Assembly: GCA_036479435.1 (NCBI GenBank)
Contig: JAZGFI010000113.1
Location: 18,711-82,710, forward strand
Source: Planctomycetota bacterium
GTDB lineage: Bacteria > Planctomycetota > GCA-002687715 > DRQF01
DNA: 64,000 nucleotides
Reading direction: 5' to 3'
Numbering within the stretch: position 1 is the first letter of the stretch; every line of letters starts with the position of its first letter. Positions 47,230 through 57,227 of this stretch are shown piece by piece. Position numbers and translations under genes: made by a program. Under the pieces are notes generated by a model that made no database searches, had not been told where the DNA came from, and was given only the letters and a program-made list of their open reading frames with translations.

Positions 47230-49413
47230 ATGAACAATTTCTGCCTTTGCGCCCGAACCCTGATCTTGGCATTGGCAATGTTTTTGCCAGCCTTGGTACA
47301 GGCCCAAGTCTGTCCCAATCCCACGCCATTTGCTTTTGATGGTCTGAATGGCAACGGACTTCCGTCTCAAGACAATCGCGCCATCTTGAACGTGAACACT
47401 CGTACCGATTCCTCCGACGCGGCGAATTCTGACAACACCGCGCACGTTGGTCTGGGTGAGGCTCTCACGATCACCTTCGAGGATGCCCGAGTTCCCGCGG
47501 GCTCTCCCTTCGCGATTTCCTTGAGCCTTGGCGTGCTCAGCACGGCCATTGGCAACCCAGTGACTATCGACGGTTTGGTTTGGCTGGACGTCTTTGGCGC
47601 GGGGAACCTATTCAACATCATTGACGGCATTGGCTTTGGCGGGATTCCCAATCCCTTCGCCACGACGGCCGGGCCAGGATTTGAAAACTCGCTTTTTTTG
47701 AACGTCGGGAATGACGCCAACTTGAACGGCATGTGCATCACCGTGCAAGCGCTGGTACTGGACCCCGCTGCCCCCGCGCCATTTTTTCTGTCTTTTTCGA
47801 ATCCGATTGCGGTCGGATTCCAGCCGACCATCCAGGCATCGTTGCCTTCGTTCGGCCCCGCCGGCAACTTTACCGTCATCTCGGCGGCCGGTGCCAATCC
47901 CAGCGGAGGCGATACCATCACCTTCGCGCCCATGCAGACGACGGTGACCCAATCCAGTGGACTGACGCCCGTGCCGAGTGGTGCGATTTCGGGCCAAATG
48001 ATCATCGACGCCAACGGCGTGCCGGGCATCGCGAGCGATGACGAAATTACCGACTACTTTGCCGTGACCGATACGGTGACGGTGACCACACCTGGCTTGT
48101 TGACGACGACCCTCGATCCTGCGATTCCGATTATTAGTGCGAGCCGTGCCACCGGAATTGCCACCTTGGCCAGTTCCGGCTCAAGCGATTTTTGGACGAT
48201 CAACCTAAACCCCGGTGACATCATCGACATTGAGGTCTACAGCATCAATGGTGCCCTGACCCGGCTCCTCGATGGTCGCGGAAATGCCGCGGACCTCTTC
48301 GCCACTGAGGGTTTCGATCCCAACGTCGCCTTGCAGGTTGCATCGAACTTGGACCCGCTCATTTTTGACGCCGCAACAGGCGTGCAAAACCTTCACTTCG
48401 ACGACGACAGCGGCCCTGCCAACAACGCTCATTTGCGCTGGCAGGCCCGTTTCCAGTCCACCTACAACATCATTGTTAGCGACAGTGATCCGAGTTCTTT
48501 TGTCAGCGGTGGCTATCTGCTGAATGTACGAGTGACGTCCGGAAGCCCCGTGGTTCAAGGATTTGTCGATTCGACTTCGACACCGGTCGCCACGGCGACT
48601 CGGATTAACATCGTGCCGCAGGGCGGAGCCTTTCGCATTGTCGGACCAAACTTTTTGCAGGGGCGGTTCTACGACGTGACTTTACGGCCACGGGTTGGCG
48701 CCCCCTTCGTCGACCGCGTTGTGACCTCTTTGTCGACGGCGACCAACGGCGAGTTGTTGGTGTCGCTTCCGGCTGCCACCGTCGGGCAGTTGCCCATTGG
48801 CTTGCACCAAGTGGTGGTGACGGAGCTCCTCACCGCCCAATCGGGCATGGTTTGGGATAACTCGCAGTTTTCCCCGGTGACTGGCGTCCTCCCCGACTTG
48901 CTCTGCATTCGAGGGGCCACCACCACGACGGCGGTGGTGAATGCGGCAACTGGCAACGTCACGATGATTGGGAACCAAAACAACGAGTCCGTCCTTTTTC
49001 GCCCACCCGTTCTCGCCCCAACGATGAACTTGGGAAATGGATTCGTTCAGGCCACGGACCCCGGTGGTTCCACAGTTGCCTACGCCGAGGCGCTTGGCGT
49101 CAACGAATCGAATTTCGACCTCTTTGATTCCAACACCGCTGCAGGCACGGCAAACGGCATTTATAACCCGATCATTAGCAACTTCTACCCGACCCTGGCC
49201 GTCCCTGGGCCCTACAACGACGACGACGGCCTCTTGCCGTTCCCGACCTTTGGGGGGCAAGCCGCCGGAATTGGACACAGTGCGGCCTACATCGACTTCG
49301 ATGGACCACAGCTGTTTCCGGCCGGGGGCAATTACTTGTATTTGATCCGTGAGAACATCATTTTTGGGCCAACGGCGAATCACGCCTGCCTCGTGAACAT
49401 CGTCTTCATGTAG
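47230..49413 (+). CDS. Secreted protein with PPC (pre-peptidase C-terminal)-like and IPT-like beta domains
   Basis: Signal peptide LILALAMFLPALVQAQV. SDFWTINLNPGDIIDIEVYS...DPNVALQV...DDDSG...TYNIIVSD...GGYLLNVRV. Confidence 0.7.
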   Translation: MNNFCLCARTLILALAMFLPALVQAQVCPNPTPFAFDGLNGNGLPSQDNRAILNVNTRTDSSDAANSDNTAHVGLGEALTITFEDARVPAGSPFAISLSLGVLSTAIGNPVTIDGLVWLDVFGAGNLFNIIDGIGFGGIPNPFATTAGPGFENSLFLNVGNDANLNGMCITVQALVLDPAAPAPFFLSFSNPIAVGFQPTIQASLPSFGPAGNFTVISAAGANPSGGDTITFAPMQTTVTQSSGLTPVPSGAISGQMIIDANGVPGIASDDEITDYFAVTDTVTVTTPGLLTTTLDPAIPIISASRATGIATLASSGSSDFWTINLNPGDIIDIEVYSINGALTRLLDGRGNAADLFATEGFDPNVALQVASNLDPLIFDAATGVQNLHFDDDSGPANNAHLRWQARFQSTYNIIVSDSDPSSFVSGGYLLNVRVTSGSPVVQGFVDSTSTPVATATRINIVPQGGAFRIVGPNFLQGRFYDVTLRPRVGAPFVDRVVTSLSTATNGELLVSLPAATVGQLPIGLHQVVVTELLTAQSGMVWDNSQFSPVTGVLPDLLCIRGATTTTAVVNAATGNVTMIGNQNNESVLFRPPVLAPTMNLGNGFVQATDPGGSTVAYAEALGVNESNFDLFDSNTAAGTANGIYNPIISNFYPTLAVPGPYNDDDGLLPFPTFGGQAAGIGHSAAYIDFDGPQLFPAGGNYLYLIRENIIFGPTANHACLVNIVFM

Positions 49414-49441
49414 ATTTGGCCTTCCCGCAATCGATATCGAT

Positions 49442-49482
49442 GCGCCTCGAGGATGCAACCCGCATTCTCGGGGCGCTTTTTT
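49442..49482 (+). terminator. Rho-independent terminator
   Basis: gcgcctcgag...ctcggggcgc stem (one G-U) with inner gatgc/gcatt pairing, then TTTTTT. Confidence 0.75.
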
Positions 49483-49720
49483 GTCGGGTTTCTATTCAGG
49501 GCGGTCAAACGCCAAGCTTTGCGGTTTTCTGGCCGATATCAAGACAGTGACGAGTCCTAGTGGCTAGGGCTAGCGGGTCGCTTTCGGGGGCCCCTTTGTT
49601 TATCCTTCGGAGTGGGAGTGGGTTCGCCTAGCTGGCGAAAACCCTTGCTGCGCCAACACTAAGAGCCACCCGCCGCCTCAAGTTAAGAGCGGTGGCAACA
49701 AAGCACAGGGACGACGATTC

Positions 49721-52700
49721 ATGGCAGATGACGCCAAGAGTGGTGAAGAGCATCTAGGTCAGATCTACGACGGTGACGAAGGTCGCTATCAGATCCGCGA
49801 GATTTTAGGTGCCGGGGGTATGGGCGTGGTCTGTCTAGGGACCGTGGTCGGTACCGACGATAAGGTCGCGGTCAAGTTTCTGCATCAACATGTTTCTGAC
49901 GAAAGCACTTCTTCGCGGGAGCGTTTTCGCCGCGAGATGAAGATTCTCCAGGATCTGAAGGCTTTTCGTGGCATCGTCCAAATTCAGGACATGGGGTCGA
50001 CGCCGTCCGGCGAGATGTTTCTCGTCATGGAGTACGTCGCCGCGCCGCCGCTGAATCAGATCATTGCCGAGAACCCGAATGGGATTCCACAGATTCATGC
50101 GGTGCAGATCGCCATCGAGATCTTGCTGGTCTTGGAGCCGATTCACCGCCGCAAGTTTCTGCATCGCGACTTGAAGCCTCACAACATTTGCGTCTACGAC
50201 GACCCGCTCGGCGTCCGCCTTTTGGATTTCGGGCTCTCGAAGCCCTACCAAGACGGCGAGGGTTACGCGAAAGTCACCAAGAGGGTGGGAGGAAAGGCTG
50301 CTGAAATCCCGGGTTCACCGCACTACATGGCCGAGGAGCAGTTTCTTCGTCCCAAGGAAGTCGACGAGCGCACGGATCTTTACGCCGTTGCCATCGTTCT
50401 CTACGAAATGATCGCGGGGGTGCCGCCCTTTCGCGGCATCTATCTGCAGGACATTCTCAAGCAGCACCGCGACAAAGACCCCGCTCCCATCGAGATGACG
50501 GCAGATGGGGGACCGATTTCCTACCGCCTCCAGAATGTGTTGGAGAAAGCGCTAGCCAAAAAGCCGGGGATGCGTTACCAAAACGCCTCCGAATTCAAAG
50601 AAGACCTGTTCGACGTGCTCAACATGTTGAACAAGGCGCGCCAGCCCAAAAAGTCCCTCGACAACAAATACCGCATCATTCGCAAGATCGGAGCCGGCGG
50701 TAACTCCGAGGTCTTTGAGGCCGAACACCTCGTAGAAAACGAGATGGTTGCGCTCAAGATCACGCGCGAGGGAAGCAGCGATTGGGATGAGGAAACCCTC
50801 ATCAACGAAGCCGATCGAGCGTTGAATCACGACAACATCGTGAAGGTCTTAGAATTCGGGCTCTTTGATTCCAGGCCCGCCTTGGCCATGGAGCTCGTGC
50901 CCGGCGGTACGGTTGAAGAACTCGTCGATCAATACGAAGAAACCGGCATGCCAGAGGGCGTGTTTTTTCGGATCATCATCGATGTTTGCCGGGGCCTTCA
51001 TCACGCACATCAATCGAACATTGTGCACCGGGACGTCAAGCCCGCGAACATGCTGCGAACGCTGGATGGGCGCATCAAGATCGCCGACTTCGGCATCGCA
51101 AAGCGCTTTGATGTAGATGAAGAAGGCGACGATACCGGAGCCAAGAACACTACGCTCGCCAAGGGAACCGCGCCCTATATATCGCCGGAGCAGTGCGATC
51201 TGACCGGGCGTGTCGATCGCCGTGCCGACATCTATTCTCTCGGCTGCGTGATGTACGAGCTGCTTTCCGGCCATATGCCGTTTCGCGACGGTATCTTGAT
51301 CATGCAGCATTTACAGAGCGATCCGCCACCGCTCAAAGTCAAAGGTGAATACAAAAACGCCGACGCTCTGGTAGCTGTCGTCGAGCGCGCGATGCGAAAG
51401 CGCAAAGACGAGCGCTTTCAGTCGATGAAAGAACTGGCGCAAGAAATTGTTCGTGTCAGCAAACTCAAACCCCAACGCAAGACTCACAAGGCAACCCCCA
51501 TTGACACCGGCGTCGCGGCGTTTTTGGAAGAGAAGGGTGAAATTGGTCCGCGTGGCCGTACCGGAACCGCTGAACTAGCGAACACGGGCGCCGCGGTCTC
51601 GCTCAAAAAGCTCCTGGCTTTCGGCCTGCCAGCGGTCGCTCTCCTCGTCGTGGTCCTGGCTTTCGCGCTGAAGGGAGGCCGTGACGAAGTCAATCCGAAT
51701 CCAGTCCAAACTCCGGTGGGCGGTGACGAAGATCCGATCGTGGTGGCCCAGCGTGCCGAGTATGAGAGCGCGCAAGCCCTGCTGGTCAAAGAGGATTTTG
51801 CCGAACTCGCTGAGTTGTCGGCGGAAAACCTTCGCAATGAAATGCGCTTCGTTGGTTTTCTGCGTCGGGAACTGCGAGCGGTGGCTTCAGGCAAGATCTT
51901 TCGCCGCATGACCGATCCCAAAGACGCCAAGAGAGCCTTTGATGACGCTCGCGCCGTCGCCGCCGGATGGAGAAACATCGCTCCAGACGATGACGCTCCC
52001 AAAAAACTCGAGGACTTCTCGAAGGCGGGGCTGACCTTTTTGAAGACCGAGGAGCCCGACGCCCTCGGTTGTCAGGCCCTCGATCGAGTCGCTGGAGAGC
52101 ATCTGATCGCGCAGGCCGCAGCCTTATCCGATGAGATCAATGACAAACGTCGGCCCCGTGACTGGGAGGAGTTCGTAAAAACTAGACAGCAAGCCCTGAG
52201 CGCCGACAATGGCCGGGCCCTGGTTGCCCTTTTGGACCGGAGCGACGACAGCGTTCTGCCCGAAGGGAGCGTCGATGCGATCAAGACTTTCTTAGCGGCC
52301 GATCTTGAAGAAACACAATCGGCTCCTATTCGCACTTCGCTTTTCAATCGCCTTCGTCAGCGATTTTTAGCGAGGGCACCGAGAGCGAATAGCTCGGCTC
52401 TGGCGAAATTTGTCCGCGTTGAGATCTTGCCGGTGCTCGGTGCCGAAGGGATGGAGGCAGCTGAACTCTACGAGCAGCTATCCTCGCAAGGGCGTAGCGC
52501 GGCGGTGGGCAGCCAAGCGACTTCGATTCTAAGTGCTGGCGCCCTAGCCCTGGCTGAGATCGAAGATCTGCCCGAGTTTCGGCAGTCCATTCAACGAACC
52601 CTGGGTGCCTTACCCAGTGATTGGAACAGCGGACTCGACCGGCTCATCGAGGCTGGATTACCTCTCCAGGTGTATGCGCCGGTAGTCCGGGAACAGCTTT

Positions 52701-55048
52701 CCGTAACTTTGCAGTCAGACGCATTTAGGACTCAGGTCACGAAGCGCTTGAGTAGCTCCTCCGACGCTAAGACTGAGGCGCGGCTTCTCAATGAGGGCTA
52801 CAAGGTTGTCGCGCAAAAAATCGGGGCGGGCCCGAGGATGCTTGAGTACTGGCGACCCCAAGTCGCCAAGTTTTTGAAAAGTGACATCGACGAATCTTGG
52901 AGTAGCCTCGAAGCCCGCTTGAGAGGCTGGAAGACCGAAGAGGGCGCAGCGCCCGCGACCGATGTCCTCGTGTCATTTTTTGATGAAATGAATGAGTTTG
53001 TCGCTCATTTTCCCGATGCCACGGACCGCGTAAGCCAAGTTCGCGGTGAGGCGACGGCGGTTGTGCGCATTCTGCGCAACGACGAACGCTGGTTGTCCTT
53101 GATTTATCTATGCCAGCTTTACGAGAATCTCATCGGCAAACCTCAAGAGTTCTTGGCTGAGGGCCGTCGCGAGTACGTTCGACTCCTGCGTAAATCGAAT
53201 CTGATCGTGAGCGAAAACTACCGCAAAGGCCTTTCGGCGACTGACGAAGGCCTCAATTTGCAGTGGAGCCAAAACGCGGCTCGGACCTGCATCGAACTGG
53301 TGCTTGAGGTGCCGGAGCTCGAGCGGGAATTGGTCAAACAAGGCCTGATTGAGATCGGAGGTCCGGTGGCGCGCACGGATTCCGGGCAGGCTCGTTACAC
53401 GATCACGATGGCACCAAAGTCGGCGAACGGCGGTTTCGTTGGAGACTCTCCCGCGAAAATCGTACGCGTAAAAGCCGCTCTGCAATTGATCGTCCGAGGC
53501 AGTGAAACGCGTCTGCCCATGAGCGTGACCTACGAGAGCAAGTCTCGCATCAAATTCGATTTGGAAAAACCGATTATCCGCACTCCGGTGCCGAGCGGCG
53601 GTGAATTCAGCGTCGACGTGACCGATGACTCGCCAGCGCCTTCTGGCGGTTTCGCCACCCGCGTCTTTTGCGGTGATCGCGAACTCCAAGCCCGCCGCCG
53701 TCTCAATCGCAATTTTTACGCCTTGAGATTGAACGACTTTGGCAAAGCGGGCTCGACGACGTCCGTACGAGTTGAAGTCAAGGATGCTGCGGGCAACGCT
53801 GCGGCCATGATCTTGCCTGAAGCTACGGTCAGGGCCATGAAGCGGGGTCTCGTCGTCGCGCGGCGTGGGCAACTCGAAACTCAGCTTGGCGCTCAGTTTG
53901 ACGTCTTGGGGCGCAATGCCATGACGGCCAAGGCCCTTTCGGAGATGACGAATTCTCTGAAAGCCGCTGGCAGCTCGGTCCGTGATTTTGCCACTCACGA
54001 TGCCGCCGAAGCCCGCACCCTTAGCGAGAGTTTGCTCAGAAAAAGCAACGTCGTGATGACGCGGTGGATGAGTAAATCTGGGAACAACAAATCGGCCCTA
54101 GAGGCGCTCGTTGGTCCCATGCAGGGACTCGTTACCGAAAGCGCCGCGTTCGCATCACAGTTCGGTGCTTCTGATCCCAATTTGGGACTCAGCGACTCGC
54201 TGCGCAATCGCATCAACCTAGCGAACAGCACGGCTTCGGCTAACTTGAGCAATCCCTCGAATGGCGGAAACTCCGGGAATTCAGGTAGCTCGGGGAATAC
54301 TGTTAAGAAGCCTCTCAACGGCGGCAAAGCGGGAGGTGGCAATCGCCCCCGGCCCTTCCAAGGCAAGAACGTCAACGTGGGGGGCGTCAACTTCATCTTT
54401 GTGCGTAGCGGCTCGCGGGGCGTTTGGATTGCCGATCGCGAGGTCAGCGTCGACTTCGCCCAACGTTACCTCCCTTCTGCGAAAGACGATGCGCGCAACA
54501 TCGCCAGTCGTAACTTCAAATGGCACAAATGGCGACTGGCCGGAAACGTTCCCCTCGCACCCATGTCTTTTGCGATGGCCAAGAAGCTCATCATCAAGCT
54601 CAATGCCGCACTGAAGGGTGACGCGACGAGCAAGTGTGGAGTCGCCGTTGAGTTTGCGATTCCGACCCACGAACAGTGGAAAGCAGCGGGGCGATATCAA
54701 CTCGGTGGAAAGGCCAGGGGCCTTGCATCGGGTACTTCCCGAGTGCCGAGTGAGTACAAACCCAAAAGACTCGCGGCCAAGAACCCAGACTACTACCGTC
54801 AGTTGAAGCCAACGGGCGCAGACCCTTACGCAAAGGGCAAGTTTAACTTCCTATCCGGCAACGCTAGTGAGATTGTCCGCAGCGGCCGAGGCTACGCCGC
54901 GGTTGGCGGAGACTTCTTTTCCGCCCGTGCCGGAAATGCTGAAAAGGCCCTCGATATTGGCACCACTCCCAATCCAGGGACGAGGCTGAACCAGGGGAAA
55001 CCAGCTCTTTGGCTGTCCGGGCTCCGCTTGGCCATCGTTCCTCGGTAA
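49721..55048 (+). CDS. Tandem Ser/Thr protein kinase - TM - long helical region - FGE-sulfatase (SUMF1-like) domain protein
   Basis: Kinase 1: GAGGMGVV, VAVKF, HRDLKPHN, DFGLSK. Kinase 2: GAGGNSEV, VALKI, HRDVKPAN, DFGIAK, SPE. TM LLAFGLPAVALLVVVLAFAL. C-terminus FAIPTHEQWKAAGRY...GNASEIV...GLRLAIVPR. Confidence 0.88.
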   Translation: MADDAKSGEEHLGQIYDGDEGRYQIREILGAGGMGVVCLGTVVGTDDKVAVKFLHQHVSDESTSSRERFRREMKILQDLKAFRGIVQIQDMGSTPSGEMFLVMEYVAAPPLNQIIAENPNGIPQIHAVQIAIEILLVLEPIHRRKFLHRDLKPHNICVYDDPLGVRLLDFGLSKPYQDGEGYAKVTKRVGGKAAEIPGSPHYMAEEQFLRPKEVDERTDLYAVAIVLYEMIAGVPPFRGIYLQDILKQHRDKDPAPIEMTADGGPISYRLQNVLEKALAKKPGMRYQNASEFKEDLFDVLNMLNKARQPKKSLDNKYRIIRKIGAGGNSEVFEAEHLVENEMVALKITREGSSDWDEETLINEADRALNHDNIVKVLEFGLFDSRPALAMELVPGGTVEELVDQYEETGMPEGVFFRIIIDVCRGLHHAHQSNIVHRDVKPANMLRTLDGRIKIADFGIAKRFDVDEEGDDTGAKNTTLAKGTAPYISPEQCDLTGRVDRRADIYSLGCVMYELLSGHMPFRDGILIMQHLQSDPPPLKVKGEYKNADALVAVVERAMRKRKDERFQSMKELAQEIVRVSKLKPQRKTHKATPIDTGVAAFLEEKGEIGPRGRTGTAELANTGAAVSLKKLLAFGLPAVALLVVVLAFALKGGRDEVNPNPVQTPVGGDEDPIVVAQRAEYESAQALLVKEDFAELAELSAENLRNEMRFVGFLRRELRAVASGKIFRRMTDPKDAKRAFDDARAVAAGWRNIAPDDDAPKKLEDFSKAGLTFLKTEEPDALGCQALDRVAGEHLIAQAAALSDEINDKRRPRDWEEFVKTRQQALSADNGRALVALLDRSDDSVLPEGSVDAIKTFLAADLEETQSAPIRTSLFNRLRQRFLARAPRANSSALAKFVRVEILPVLGAEGMEAAELYEQLSSQGRSAAVGSQATSILSAGALALAEIEDLPEFRQSIQRTLGALPSDWNSGLDRLIEAGLPLQVYAPVVREQLSVTLQSDAFRTQVTKRLSSSSDAKTEARLLNEGYKVVAQKIGAGPRMLEYWRPQVAKFLKSDIDESWSSLEARLRGWKTEEGAAPATDVLVSFFDEMNEFVAHFPDATDRVSQVRGEATAVVRILRNDERWLSLIYLCQLYENLIGKPQEFLAEGRREYVRLLRKSNLIVSENYRKGLSATDEGLNLQWSQNAARTCIELVLEVPELERELVKQGLIEIGGPVARTDSGQARYTITMAPKSANGGFVGDSPAKIVRVKAALQLIVRGSETRLPMSVTYESKSRIKFDLEKPIIRTPVPSGGEFSVDVTDDSPAPSGGFATRVFCGDRELQARRRLNRNFYALRLNDFGKAGSTTSVRVEVKDAAGNAAAMILPEATVRAMKRGLVVARRGQLETQLGAQFDVLGRNAMTAKALSEMTNSLKAAGSSVRDFATHDAAEARTLSESLLRKSNVVMTRWMSKSGNNKSALEALVGPMQGLVTESAAFASQFGASDPNLGLSDSLRNRINLANSTASANLSNPSNGGNSGNSGSSGNTVKKPLNGGKAGGGNRPRPFQGKNVNVGGVNFIFVRSGSRGVWIADREVSVDFAQRYLPSAKDDARNIASRNFKWHKWRLAGNVPLAPMSFAMAKKLIIKLNAALKGDATSKCGVAVEFAIPTHEQWKAAGRYQLGGKARGLASGTSRVPSEYKPKRLAAKNPDYYRQLKPTGADPYAKGKFNFLSGNASEIVRSGRGYAAVGGDFFSARAGNAEKALDIGTTPNPGTRLNQGKPALWLSGLRLAIVPR

Positions 55049-55069
55049 GAAAGCTTCTGCCTAATGGCG

Positions 55070-55110
55070 AAAAAAAAGGCCGACTCGGTGATACCGAGTC
55101 GGCCTTTTTG
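55070..55110. terminator. Bidirectional terminator between convergent genes
   Basis: A8-ggccgactcgg-tgata-ccgagtcggcc-TTTTT. Confidence 0.88.
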
Positions 55111-55132
55111 CTTTGATGCGATTGCGGCAGAG

Positions 55133-56896
55133 TTAGAAGCGAATCTGGATCTGCGCAAAGATACCGATGGCAATCGAAGTGTTGAACTTCGCGAAGGGGT
55201 TTTCTCCGGCCGGCGGGTTCGATCGTTCAATGATGAAGTCGGCGTGCGGGATGAAAACAGTGGCGTTGAAGAACATCTCGATTTGGGCGCTGGCCTGGTA
55301 GACCGCGTAGAGGTCAACTTCGTGGCCAAGCTGACGGTCATCTAAGAAGATGTTCCCCGCCGAGATGGTCGTAAACCGTTCACGCGAATGGTTGCGAACC
55401 GCGTAAAGGTAGGTCAAGCCGAGCGTCCACTTCTGATCGAGGTCGGGGCTGAACTTGAAGCCAAGGTGGAACACATGGATGTTGGTCGCGGGAATAAGAT
55501 CGATGTTTCCGAAGCGACCGTAGGCGCCGTGACCGTCATGCACGGGTTGGTTGTCATGCCGCGAGATAAACAGCGGCGAAAAACCCGAAGCAGACTGCGA
55601 ATCTGGGCCTTCTGAGAAGTAGTAGCCCGCGTGAACGCGTGCGGCGTACTCGTTCAAGAAGGGGAGGTTGTACTCAACCAAGAACTCAATGAGCAGGGAA
55701 TCGAGATCGTTTTCGAGATCGTCTTTTCCGACTTGGTAGGCCACTTCGAGGCTGAAGAAAAAGTTGTCGATAAGCCGGTCTGAGCGAATCCAAGTGCCAA
55801 AAGTGTGGTTTTGACCTTGGATCGAGGAACGGCCAAAAGCATCAATCCCGGGGTCACTCGCCGAGGTCACGTTGTCGGGTCTGATACCCGAGCCAGCGGA
55901 GCGACCATTAAAGTAAAAGTAGTAGACGTCGACGGTGACGGGATCGAGAAGGTCTGAGTTGGCAAAATAGACGCCAACCAGTTCATCTTCATCGCCACTC
56001 GCTCGAAATTGCGACGCCAAAAGGCCCCCGGTGGCGATCCCCGGGGGGAACTGACCATCTGAAGCGGCTTCTTTGGCGTAAAACACCGTAGCGCGGGCGT
56101 TTCCGAGCGCCTCGACGTTGTAGTCCAATCGGATCGCGTCGTGCACCGTACCCGTGTAAAACTCGTTCGTACCCATGATGAGTTTCGAGCCGAGTGTGAT
56201 CTCCTGGCGTCCGATCTTCAGACCCAAAGAAGGCACGGAAAAGATGTCCTCCAGGCTGATGTAGGCCTGATAAAGGCGGACTTGATCGAGGTCGTTGTCG
56301 CGAGTTGAGAAGTCTCCGATGGAAACGCCTGCAAAAGAGGGGATTGTCTCTGCAGTGTTGTTCGCCGCGCGACCGGAGGCCTGAATCTCGAACCAGGTGC
56401 GAATCTTGGTCTTATTGCCGCCGTCTTCACCGCCCGCTCCAACTCCCCATTCGAAACCTAATCCCAGGTTGAAGCGGAAATCCAAGCGGAAACCATCGTC
56501 GTCGATATCGTTGAGGAGATCGACTGTGTTATGTCGGTAGTCGGCACGCGTACGCCACTCGCCGCCGTAGACGATGTGGTCGACAAATCCCGCGCCGTCG
56601 GGCCGAAGCAAGACGTCGTTGGACAGGTTGCCGTAGGGAGCCCGAAGTCCAAGCTCTTCTTGGATTTCAGCCAGGGCTGATGCGACTCCGCCTTCGCCAC
56701 CGCCCTGTTCTAACTCCTCAACGCGGGCATTCAGCGCCGCGTTGTCCTGAACCAGGGATTCGACCTGTTGGATGAGTTCCTGGAGTCTGTCCATGTCTTG
56801 CTGAGCTGAGGCCGCTTGCCCAAGGCCTAAGGCCATGGCTGCGACGACTGCCAACAAGAGTATTCTGCTTCGTCCTCTCAAGGATCTGTCTCCCAT
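55133..56896 (-). CDS. Outer-membrane beta-barrel protein (porin / alginate-export-like) with N-terminal coiled coil
   Basis: Signal peptide ILLLAVVAAMALGLGQAASAQQ. Coiled coil MDRLQELIQQVESLVQDNAALNARVEELEQ. Alternating beta pattern, terminal ...IFAQIQIRF (aromatic C-terminus). Confidence 0.8.
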   Translation of the reverse strand: MGDRSLRGRSRILLLAVVAAMALGLGQAASAQQDMDRLQELIQQVESLVQDNAALNARVEELEQGGGEGGVASALAEIQEELGLRAPYGNLSNDVLLRPDGAGFVDHIVYGGEWRTRADYRHNTVDLLNDIDDDGFRLDFRFNLGLGFEWGVGAGGEDGGNKTKIRTWFEIQASGRAANNTAETIPSFAGVSIGDFSTRDNDLDQVRLYQAYISLEDIFSVPSLGLKIGRQEITLGSKLIMGTNEFYTGTVHDAIRLDYNVEALGNARATVFYAKEAASDGQFPPGIATGGLLASQFRASGDEDELVGVYFANSDLLDPVTVDVYYFYFNGRSAGSGIRPDNVTSASDPGIDAFGRSSIQGQNHTFGTWIRSDRLIDNFFFSLEVAYQVGKDDLENDLDSLLIEFLVEYNLPFLNEYAARVHAGYYFSEGPDSQSASGFSPLFISRHDNQPVHDGHGAYGRFGNIDLIPATNIHVFHLGFKFSPDLDQKWTLGLTYLYAVRNHSRERFTTISAGNIFLDDRQLGHEVDLYAVYQASAQIEMFFNATVFIPHADFIIERSNPPAGENPFAKFNTSIAIGIFAQIQIRF

Positions 56897-57073
56897 TTCC
56901 GGCGCGCGAGGCGCGTTTGACCACAATCGAAGCTTCCGAGATCGGACTTGGGGGTCCGACCACATGTTCCTAGGAGAGGGTTACCATGCCAGCCGTACTC
57001 TGTAAAGGCATTTGTGGGCCCTCCACAGCCACTACCGGGCCGCAGAAGCCATGCTCCAAACAGATCTTAAGGC

Positions 57074-57101
57074 TTGACCACCTATCTGGCCGATCTATAG
57101 T
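57074..57101 (+). promoter_or_regulatory. Candidate sigma-70 promoter for the repeat lipoprotein gene
   Basis: TTGACC-N16-TATAGT in the divergent intergenic region. Confidence 0.45.
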
Positions 57102-57227
57102 CGCAGAGGAACTTGGAAATGGGATCTGTTCGTGTGGGCTGACGATTCTCTAGTCGAGATGAGCGTCACCGCGAAAGCTCAGGATAGGGGCTGGTTCACG
57201 CCCAGGTCTAAGAAGAGGGAAAACATC

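Noticed and set aside
49633-49649. TGGCGAAAACCCTTGCT upstream of the kinase gene looks like a sigma-54 promoter.
   Set aside because: The GG to GC spacing is N11 rather than the invariant N10, and the -24 element is TGGCGA rather than TGGCAC.
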